DNA from: Fibrobacter succinogenes subsp. succinogenes S85
Lineage (GTDB): Bacteria; Fibrobacterota; Fibrobacteria; Fibrobacterales; Fibrobacteraceae
Assembly (NCBI RefSeq): GCF_000146505.1
Contig: NC_017448.1
Span: forward strand, 3,720,001 to 3,752,000
Reading direction: 5' to 3'
Length of the DNA stretch: 32,000 bases
Shown: piece by piece, positions 9,248 through 16,526 of the stretch
Position numbering within the stretch: position 1 is the stretch's first letter
Layout: the number at the start of each line of letters is the position of its first letter
Made by a program: the position numbers and the translations under genes
Notes under the pieces: generated by a model
Told to the model about the DNA's origin: nothing
The model's input: only the letters and a program-made list of their open reading frames with translations
The model's database searches: none

Positions 9248-9856
9248 TTACAAATACTTGAGCGCCTCCGGTATGAGTGCGGCAGCATCCGCCCCGTCCC
9301 CAAGAACCTCAACCGCCTTCACGACAGCCTTTTCTGCCGCCGGATCCTTCACCCCGAGCGTATGCAGTGCCAATACCGCCTCGAGCTTTGCTCCCGTCAG
9401 CGCTCCGACACTCGTAATCCCGCTACCCTCAACATCGCCGAGCGCCTGCAGCATGTTCGAGGCCTTTTCCTTGAGCGTTAATGTCATCTGTTCGCAGGTC
9501 TTTTTGCCAAGTCCCTTGATTTTCCCGAGTGCGGACTTGTTGTCGCTTGCAATCATGTTCAAAAGGTCTGCCGGTGTGCTTCCGCTCAGAATCCGCTGTG
9601 CGAGCTTCGGCCCGACTCCGTTGACCTCCAAAAGCATCAGGAACAGGTTCTTTTCGGTCGTATCCGCAAATCCAAAAAGCGTCATGGAATCTTCGCGCAC
9701 CACGAGGTTCGTGTGCAAAATGACTTCGGCGCCCTCTTCGGGCAGCTTGCCTGCCGTAAAAGCCGAAATATTGACGCCGTAACCGACTCCCGCGCACTCC
9801 ACAACCACAAACGTGGGGGATTTCTGCACCAAAACGCCTCGAATTCGCTCAATCAT
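9248..9856 (-). CDS. ruvA: Holliday junction branch migration complex subunit RuvA
   Basis: 202 aa. MIERIRGVLV...VVECAGVGYGV N-terminal OB domain, then HhH motifs (LLEVNGVGPKLAQRIL; KIKGLGKKT). Confidence 0.9.
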   Translation of the reverse strand: MIERIRGVLVQKSPTFVVVECAGVGYGVNISAFTAGKLPEEGAEVILHTNLVVREDSMTLFGFADTTEKNLFLMLLEVNGVGPKLAQRILSGSTPADLLNMIASDNKSALGKIKGLGKKTCEQMTLTLKEKASNMLQALGDVEGSGITSVGALTGAKLEAVLALHTLGVKDPAAEKAVVKAVEVLGDGADAAALIPEALKYL

Positions 9857-9891
9857 AAAATCTCCAAAATATGCACTTTTGTGCTACTGCA

Positions 9892-9907
9892 CGAATATAC
9901 ACTATTT
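9892..9907 (-). promoter_or_regulatory. Putative promoter AAATAGTGTATATTCG for ruvAB
   Basis: Minus-strand motif about 35 nt upstream of the ruvA ATG. It matches the extended motif except TTCG in place of TTTG. Confidence 0.3.
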
Positions 9908-10140
9908 TCGCTTACGTGTCAAGAGAAAACTTTATAAAAGCTTTGGAAACTGATGGTTTGATGTTTTGCTCTAAACGAGGTCTATAATCCGCAGTTTTTA
10001 ACAAAAATGCGGATTGTATTCAGCAAAAATTGTGAAAAATTGTAGAATTTATTCCGCAAAGTTCCTGAATTTTACAAGCGGTACCGAAATTAAACCTGTT
10101 TCGCTTCAAGAAATTGTGACGCACGCACGCCGACGATAAG

Positions 10141-10452
10141 ATGGCGCTCCTTGAAAAAATAGACAAGATTTATCTTTCGAACCCGACTCTTTGTTGCTCT
10201 CAATCGGATGGCAAACCCGATATTGGGAACTTACGGGAAACTGCATTCCTTTCCTTGATGCGGGTAAACAACCGCGTGGCTTCTTCGCCTGTTTCTGATT
10301 TTTTGATAGACGGCATGACCTTCGAGGTTGGTGGCAAGAACAAGAAAAAAAGGCAAATAGAATCTGTAGAGAACGGCTTTGTCGTCAAGGACGATATTGA
10401 GCACGGGTTCCTCAACACGATTCCGTTATGGGCGTTTGGATTAAATTATTAG
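10141..10452 (+). pseudogene. C-terminal remnant (about 100 of about 400 aa) of an AAA+ superfamily ATPase
   Basis: KIYLSNPTL...NLRETAFLSLM...SDFLIDGMTFEVGGKNKKKRQI...VVKDDIEHGFLNTIPLWAFGLNY resembles the conserved C-terminal end of Bacteroidota-type AAA ATPases. No Walker-motif part is present. An in-frame stop sits at 10117. Confidence 0.5.
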
Positions 10453-10528
10453 TCCTCCCAACTCAAAAAAATAAGATTTCTGTCATTTAATGAGCAGTAA
10501 CCCTACAAAATTACAGAAATATTACTTA

Positions 10529-10536
10529 TATTTTTG
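10529..10536 (+). promoter_or_regulatory. Candidate -7 motif TATTTTTG upstream of the glycan locus
   Basis: Matches TAnnTTTG, about 90 nt before the aminotransferase ATG. It is the only such match in the 10453-10626 spacer. Confidence 0.3.
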
Positions 10537-10626
10537 CAACAATAGTTTAACATTCGACATAACTGGTCTGGGCGACGGTCGCCTTACCTTATATGTGTCG
10601 GAACTACCCCGAGGTTGCGGTAATCC

Positions 10627-11889
10627 ATGACGCGTTTCGAGAAGAAGGTCTGGCTCTCTAGCCCCACGATGCACGGCGACGAAATCAAGTACGTTACCGA
10701 GGCTTACGAAACCAACTGGATGAGCACCGTCGGCGCGAACATCAACGAGGTCGAAAGGCTCGCTGCCGAGAAGGTCGGCTGCAAGTACGCCGTCGCGCTC
10801 TCCGCAGGCACCGCCGCACTCCACCTCTGCACAAAGCTCGCTGGCGAAGCCCTTTACGGCATGCCCAAGGCGGGCGAAGGTTCGCTCCGCGGACACAAAG
10901 TGTTCTGCAGCGACATGACGTTCGACGCCACCGTGAACCCCATCGCCTACGAGAACGGCGAGGCCGTGTTCATCGACACCGAATACAAGACCTGGAACAT
11001 GGACCCGGTCGCCCTCGAAAAGGCTTTTGAAATTTACCCGGACGTGCGCCTGGTGGTACTCGTACACCTCTACGGAACCCCGGCCCGCGTTGACGAAATC
11101 CGCACCATCTGCCAAAAACACAACGCCCTCCTCATCGAAGACGCTGCCGAAAGCTTCGGTGCAAGCTACAAGGGCAAGCAGACCGGCAACTTCGGCGACT
11201 ACAGCGCCATCAGCTTCAACGGAAACAAGATTATCACAGGCAGTAGCGGCGGCATGTTCCTCACCGACAGCAAGGAAGACGCCGAAAAGGTGCGCAAGTG
11301 GAGCACACAGAGCCGCGAGGCCGCCCCGTGGTACCAGCACGAGGAAATCGGCTACAACTACCGAATGAGCAATGTGATTGCGGGCGTGGTACGCGGCCAG
11401 ATGCCCTACCTTGAAGAGCACATCGCTCAGAAAAAGGCCATCTACATGCGCTACAAGGAAGGCCTGAAAGGGCTCCCGGTGCAGATGAACCCCTACGACG
11501 CCGAGAACAGCGAACCGAACTTTTGGCTCAGCTGCCTGATCATCGACAAGGATGCCATGTGCAAGCAGGTGCGCGGCGAAACCGAGGCCCTTTACATCCA
11601 CGAAAAAGGCAAGAGCTGCCCGACGGAAATCCTCGAGCGCATCGCCGCCATGAACGCCGAAGGTCGCCCCATCTGGAAACCGATGCACATGCAGCCCATG
11701 TACATGAGCCACGCATTCATCACTGCCAACGGGAACGGTCGCGCCCGCACGAATGCCTACATCGCCGGAGGAATCCAAGATGTTGGTGCCGATATCTTTG
11801 CCCGCGGGCTCTGCCTCCCGAGCGACAACAAGATGACCCCCGAACAGCAGGACGCCATCATCCAGACCATCAAGGAATGCTTCGAGTAA
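10627..11889 (+). CDS. DegT/DnrJ/EryC1/StrS-family PLP-dependent sugar aminotransferase (EpsN/PglE/WcfR-like)
   Basis: 420 aa. SSPTMHGDE...Y, ALSAGTAALHL, EDAAESFGA and SFNGNKIIT (PLP lysine). GC-rich host-like codon usage. Confidence 0.85.
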   Translation: MTRFEKKVWLSSPTMHGDEIKYVTEAYETNWMSTVGANINEVERLAAEKVGCKYAVALSAGTAALHLCTKLAGEALYGMPKAGEGSLRGHKVFCSDMTFDATVNPIAYENGEAVFIDTEYKTWNMDPVALEKAFEIYPDVRLVVLVHLYGTPARVDEIRTICQKHNALLIEDAAESFGASYKGKQTGNFGDYSAISFNGNKIITGSSGGMFLTDSKEDAEKVRKWSTQSREAAPWYQHEEIGYNYRMSNVIAGVVRGQMPYLEEHIAQKKAIYMRYKEGLKGLPVQMNPYDAENSEPNFWLSCLIIDKDAMCKQVRGETEALYIHEKGKSCPTEILERIAAMNAEGRPIWKPMHMQPMYMSHAFITANGNGRARTNAYIAGGIQDVGADIFARGLCLPSDNKMTPEQQDAIIQTIKECFE

Positions 11890-11891
11890 GT

Positions 11892-12512
11892 ATGTACGCC
11901 CGTTTCTTCAAGCGCCCTCTCGACTTTTGCTGCGCTCTGGCAGCCATCATCTGCCTGAGCCCGATTCTCGTCGTACTCACGATTCTCGGCGCAATCAAGA
12001 TGAAGGGCAACCCGTTCTTTACGCAGCCGCGCCCGGGCCTCAACGAAAAAATCTTCAAGCTCATCAAGTTCCGCACAATGACGAACGAGAAGGATGCCAA
12101 CGGCAACCTGCTCCCTGACGACGTGCGGCTGAACGCCTACGGCAAGTTCCTACGCAGCACAAGTCTCGACGAACTTCCGGAACTGTTCAACATCCTCAAG
12201 GGCGACATGGCCGTAATCGGGCCTAGACCATTATTAGTGAAGTATTTACCATATTACACCGAACACGAAAGAATACGCCATAGTATAAGACCTGGGTTAA
12301 CAGGATATGCTCAAGCTCATGGTCGAAATGAAATTACGTGGGAAAGAAAGTTTGAATTAGATGTTTGGTATGTTGATCATCTTACGTTTCTCACGGATGT
12401 AGGAATAATTATTGATACAGTAAAAGTTGTTCTATCGCATGACGGAGTATCGCTAAACGCATTGGAGGACTTTGATGAGTACAGAAAGCGTACTTCAGAC
12501 TCCAATAGTTAA
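11892..12512 (+). CDS. Undecaprenyl-phosphate sugar phosphotransferase (small PglC/EpsL/WcfS-type initiating transferase); compositional mosaic
   Basis: ATG at 11892 follows the upstream stop by 2 nt. One N-terminal TM helix, then PFFTQPRPG, KFRTM and DELPELFNILKGDMAVIGPRP. The track ORF start at 11523 is a spurious upstream extension. Confidence 0.85.
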   Translation: MYARFFKRPLDFCCALAAIICLSPILVVLTILGAIKMKGNPFFTQPRPGLNEKIFKLIKFRTMTNEKDANGNLLPDDVRLNAYGKFLRSTSLDELPELFNILKGDMAVIGPRPLLVKYLPYYTEHERIRHSIRPGLTGYAQAHGRNEITWERKFELDVWYVDHLTFLTDVGIIIDTVKVVLSHDGVSLNALEDFDEYRKRTSDSNS

Positions 12513-13419
12513 CCTTGATAATTATGCAGGTAATCATCTATGGATTAAGCGAGATGATCTGATACCTTTTTCTTTTGGTGGAAATAAGGCTCGCAAGGCA
12601 TTCGGCTTTTTTAGGGAGTTTGATGCCGGAAATTACGATTGCATTGTGACTTATGGCAGTAGCAGCTCAAATCACTGTCGGGTTGTATCGAATATGGCGA
12701 GGCAAAGAAACATTCCCTGCTATATTATAGCACCTGAAGAGGCTTCCAAACCGACATTCAATAGTCAATTGATGGATTTATTCGGTGCTGAATTTAAGGT
12801 TTGTCCTGTAAAAGATGTTAGTAAGACAATTGATGAAATAATCCTCAATCTCCGTGCTGCGGGCAAAAAGCCCTACTTTATTGCTGGTGGTGGACATGGC
12901 AATATTGGAACGCAGGCGTATGTAGACTGCTATAACGAAATTTGTGATTTTGAAAAGAAGAACTCTGTTTTCTTTGATTACATCTTTTTTGCCTCAGGCA
13001 CAGGAACGACTCAGGCTGGACTTGTATGCGGGAAGATGATGAATGGCGATAATCGCCAAATTATTGGAATCAGTATTGCCCGAAAAAATCCAAGAGGCAG
13101 AAATGTCGTTGTTGATTCAGTCAAGGAATATCTGTCAGCTAAATCAATCTCGTTTACAGATAATCAAATTGAAGAAAATGTTGTTTTTGTCGATGATTAT
13201 ACCGTTGATGGCTATGGTTGTCAAAATCAATTAGTTCAGGAAACGATAAAAAACGCCTTGTTCAATTATGGGATTCCTATGGATTCTACATATGTGGCAA
13301 AAGCTTTTGCCGGAATGAATGATTATTTAGTGTTACGCAAAATTAAATCGAAAAATGTGCTGTTTATCCATACAGGCGGAACCCCTTTGTTTTTCGACAG
13401 TTTGAAGGATATGGAGTAG
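12475..13419 (+). CDS. Fold-type II PLP enzyme of the ACC deaminase / D-cysteine desulfhydrase family
   Basis: 314 aa from the ATG at 12475 (GGAGG 6 nt upstream). WIKRDDL...FGGNKARK (PLP lysine) and the glycine-rich GGGHGN / SGTGTT loops. Confidence 0.7.
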   Translation: MSTESVLQTPIVNLDNYAGNHLWIKRDDLIPFSFGGNKARKAFGFFREFDAGNYDCIVTYGSSSSNHCRVVSNMARQRNIPCYIIAPEEASKPTFNSQLMDLFGAEFKVCPVKDVSKTIDEIILNLRAAGKKPYFIAGGGHGNIGTQAYVDCYNEICDFEKKNSVFFDYIFFASGTGTTQAGLVCGKMMNGDNRQIIGISIARKNPRGRNVVVDSVKEYLSAKSISFTDNQIEENVVFVDDYTVDGYGCQNQLVQETIKNALFNYGIPMDSTYVAKAFAGMNDYLVLRKIKSKNVLFIHTGGTPLFFDSLKDME

Positions 13420-13422
13420 AAA

Positions 13423-14382
13423 ATGAATTTCTTGATTCTTAGTTGTGGTACCCGTAATAAGGTTGTCCAATATTTTAAGAGAACTTTTAAAGATGGTAGG
13501 ATTGTCGCTACAGATTGTAGTGAAATTGCTCCGGCGCTTTTTGATGCCGACAAGTATTACATCGTTCCGCGCATTACGGCTGATGGTTATCTTGATATTA
13601 TTCTTGACATTTGCAAGAAGGAACATATTGATGGAGTTCTCTCTCTGATTGATCCAGAACTGAATCTGCTTGCAAAGAATCACAAGCTGTTTGATGATGC
13701 TGGTGTCAAAATCATTGGTTCTAGTTTGGAGCTATGCGAGCGCAGCCTTGACAAATTCAAGATGTACAACTGGTTGAAAGACCATGGCTACAATTGCGCA
13801 AAATCCTATATGGATCGTGACGCATTTTATGCCGATTTGGCAAAAGGCGAAATTCAGTACCCTGTTTTTGTGAAGCCGGCTTGTGGAAGTGCTAGTATTG
13901 CGATATCTAAGGCTTTCGATAAGGAAACTGTTGATTTGCTATGCACACATTCCGAAGGAATGATGATTCAGGAATTCTTGAAAGGCCAGGAAATTGGCGC
14001 AGACGTGTATATTGACATGATTAGCAAAAAGGTTGTGTCAATCTTCACCAAGAAAAAGATTGTGATGCGCGCCGGTGAAACTGACAAGGCTGTATCTTTC
14101 AAAAATCCTGAATTGTTTGCGTTGGTAAAGAAGTTTGCAGAAGAAAGCGGCTTCACTGGACAGATTGATATTGACATCTTTGAAATTGATGGCAAATACT
14201 ATATCTCTGAGGTAAATCCGCGCTTTGGCGGGGGATATCCTCATGCCTTTGAATGCGGTTGCAATCACATGGCCCTGATTGAGAATAACCTCAAGGGTGT
14301 TGAAAATAAAGAGAATATAGGCTGCTATGAAGAAGGCGTCTATATGATGAAATACAATGAGATTGCGGTAAAGAAGGCATAG
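13423..14382 (+). CDS. ATP-grasp domain protein (carboxylate-amine ligase type)
   Basis: 319 aa. PVFVKPACGSASI, MIQEFLKGQEIGADVY and ISEVNPRFGGGYP (ATP-grasp Mg/ATP site). Confidence 0.8.
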   Translation: MNFLILSCGTRNKVVQYFKRTFKDGRIVATDCSEIAPALFDADKYYIVPRITADGYLDIILDICKKEHIDGVLSLIDPELNLLAKNHKLFDDAGVKIIGSSLELCERSLDKFKMYNWLKDHGYNCAKSYMDRDAFYADLAKGEIQYPVFVKPACGSASIAISKAFDKETVDLLCTHSEGMMIQEFLKGQEIGADVYIDMISKKVVSIFTKKKIVMRAGETDKAVSFKNPELFALVKKFAEESGFTGQIDIDIFEIDGKYYISEVNPRFGGGYPHAFECGCNHMALIENNLKGVENKENIGCYEEGVYMMKYNEIAVKKA

Positions 14383-15489
14383 ATGAAAATCCTTTATGTA
14401 ACAACTGTTTCTGGAACAATGGATTTTTTCCCTGAGCATATAAAAATGCTTTTGCAGGAAGGCCATTCTGTGGAAATTGCAACATCGTGTTCGGTAAAAC
14501 CGATTAATCCTTTGTATAATGAACTTGGTTGTAAAGTTTACGACATCCCTTTTTCTCGATCTCCATTCAGCGCGGACAATTTAAAAGCCTATAAGATGCT
14601 CAAACATCTTGTAGAAGCGGAATGCTACGATATTGTTCATACGCATACGCCGAATGCGTCAATGATCGCAAGACTTGCGTGTCGAAATGTTCGTAAAAAG
14701 GGTACGAAAGTCATTTATACTGCGCATGGATTCCATTTCTTTAAGGGTGCTCCACTTAAGAATTGGTTGATGTATTATCCCGTAGAAAAATTCTGTGCAA
14801 GATACACTGATGTGTTGATTACCATTAATAAAGAAGATTATGAATTGGCGCAAAAGAAGATACATGCCAAGAAAGTTTGCTATGTTCCTGGGGTTGGTAT
14901 TGACCTTGAGGCGATCAAGTCTGTTCAAGCAAACAGAAATGATATTCGTAAGGCAATTGGTGTACCGGAAGATTGCTTGTTACTACTTTCAATTGGTGAA
15001 CTAAATGTCAACAAGAATCATCAAGTTGTCTTGAAGGCTTTTGCAGAACTCAGCAATAAGAATACTCATTATGCAATTGCCGGGATTGGAGACCAAAAAG
15101 ACAATTTGCTGAATTTGGCAAAAGAACTTGGTGTGGAATCCCGATTCCATTTACTCGGGTATAGGGCAGATGCCTTGAATCTTTATCGAGTAGCTGATGT
15201 ATTTGTATTTCCGTCATTCCGAGAAGGACTTTCTGTGTCTATGATGGAAGCTATGGCGAGTGGTCTTCCTATTATTTGCTCTAAGATTCGCGGAAATGTA
15301 GATCTTGTTCAAAATGAAAAAGGCGGCTTATATTTTTCGCCTGGTGATGTTAAGACGCTTTTAGATCCGCTAGAAAAAATGATTGATGATGAAAAGAGTC
15401 GTAAGCAATTTGGATTATACAATATGATTGCTATTGAACGATTTGGGCTGCAGAAGATTCTTGGAAATATAAAGGAAATTTATAAATGA
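14383..15489 (+). CDS. Glycosyltransferase family 4 (GT-B)
   Basis: 368 aa. MKILYVTT start. FVFPSFREGLSVSMMEAMASGLPIICS (E-x7-E region). Confidence 0.85.
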   Translation: MKILYVTTVSGTMDFFPEHIKMLLQEGHSVEIATSCSVKPINPLYNELGCKVYDIPFSRSPFSADNLKAYKMLKHLVEAECYDIVHTHTPNASMIARLACRNVRKKGTKVIYTAHGFHFFKGAPLKNWLMYYPVEKFCARYTDVLITINKEDYELAQKKIHAKKVCYVPGVGIDLEAIKSVQANRNDIRKAIGVPEDCLLLLSIGELNVNKNHQVVLKAFAELSNKNTHYAIAGIGDQKDNLLNLAKELGVESRFHLLGYRADALNLYRVADVFVFPSFREGLSVSMMEAMASGLPIICSKIRGNVDLVQNEKGGLYFSPGDVKTLLDPLEKMIDDEKSRKQFGLYNMIAIERFGLQKILGNIKEIYK

Positions 15490-16526
15490 AAGTGCTGCAT
15501 GTTGTAAATACAAATTGTTTTTCTGGCGCAGAAAATGTGGTATGCCAAATTATTGATGTCTTTAGAAATGACATGAATATGGCGTACTGTGGCCTTGAGG
15601 GACCGATTAGACAGGCTTTGGAAAAAAGAAATATTAAGTTTTTTCCTATTAAGAAAATGTCTGTGAGCTGTTTAAAAAAAGTGATAAAAGAATTTAAACC
15701 TGATGTTGTTCATTCCCATGATATGCGAGCTTCTTTTTTTACCTCGCTTGCGTGTGGAACAATTCCTCTTGTTTGTCATATTCATAATAATGCTTTTGAT
15801 TCAAGGGCGATAAGTTTAAAAAGCGTGTTGTTTTTGCTGGCAGCTCTAAAGGCTAAGCATATTTTTTGGGTCTCTGATAGCTCATTTGCCGGCTATTTCT
15901 TTCATCAGTTGTTTAAAAACAAAAGCTCAATTTTGTTGAATGTTATAAATGTTGAGTCCTTGATAAAGAAAAAGAATGAAGATTCTTGTGAATACGACTA
16001 TGATGTTGTCTTTGTAGGCCGTTTGACGTACCAAAAAAATACAGAACGCCTTATAGAAGTTTTACATAGATTGGTAGAGAAATGTCCAAATGTGAAATGT
16101 GGTATTGTTGGCGGTGGTGAATTAGCGAATGATACTTCAGATCTTATTAGAGAAAAATTGCTTGATAAGAATGTGTTTATGTTGGGATTTAAAGCTAATC
16201 CTTTGAAAATATTAAGTGACAGTAAGGTGATGCTGATGACCTCCCGTTGGGAGGGGTTACCAATGTGTGCCTTGGAAGCTTTGGCCTTGGGTGTTCCCGT
16301 TGTTTCGACTCCTGTTGATGGCTTGCTTTCTATAATTAATCAAGGTGAGAATGGCTTTTTAAGCGATAATAATGAGGAGCTAGTTGCGTTTTTAACACAG
16401 ATTGTTAATGACGATTCTTTTCGTGAAAAAATGTCAAGAAAGTGTGTAGAACTTAGTGGCGAATACAATGATTTATGTGAGTATAGACGCAATTTGAAAA
16501 GTGTTTACGACAATGCTTGCTGTTGA
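15486..16526 (+). CDS. Glycosyltransferase family 4 (GT-B)
   Basis: 346 aa. ATGA start/stop overlap with the upstream gene. FVGRLTYQKN and SRWEGLPMCALEALALGVPVVSTPVDG. Confidence 0.85.
   Translation: MKVLHVVNTNCFSGAENVVCQIIDVFRNDMNMAYCGLEGPIRQALEKRNIKFFPIKKMSVSCLKKVIKEFKPDVVHSHDMRASFFTSLACGTIPLVCHIHNNAFDSRAISLKSVLFLLAALKAKHIFWVSDSSFAGYFFHQLFKNKSSILLNVINVESLIKKKNEDSCEYDYDVVFVGRLTYQKNTERLIEVLHRLVEKCPNVKCGIVGGGELANDTSDLIREKLLDKNVFMLGFKANPLKILSDSKVMLMTSRWEGLPMCALEALALGVPVVSTPVDGLLSIINQGENGFLSDNNEELVAFLTQIVNDDSFREKMSRKCVELSGEYNDLCEYRRNLKSVYDNACC

Noticed and set aside
11523-11891. N-terminal 123-codon extension of the sugar transferase ORF given in the track
   Set aside because: It overlaps the aminotransferase in another frame and translates to an R/P/H-rich nonsense sequence. 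The family-typical N-terminus (MYARFFKRPLDF..) begins at the ATG at 11892.
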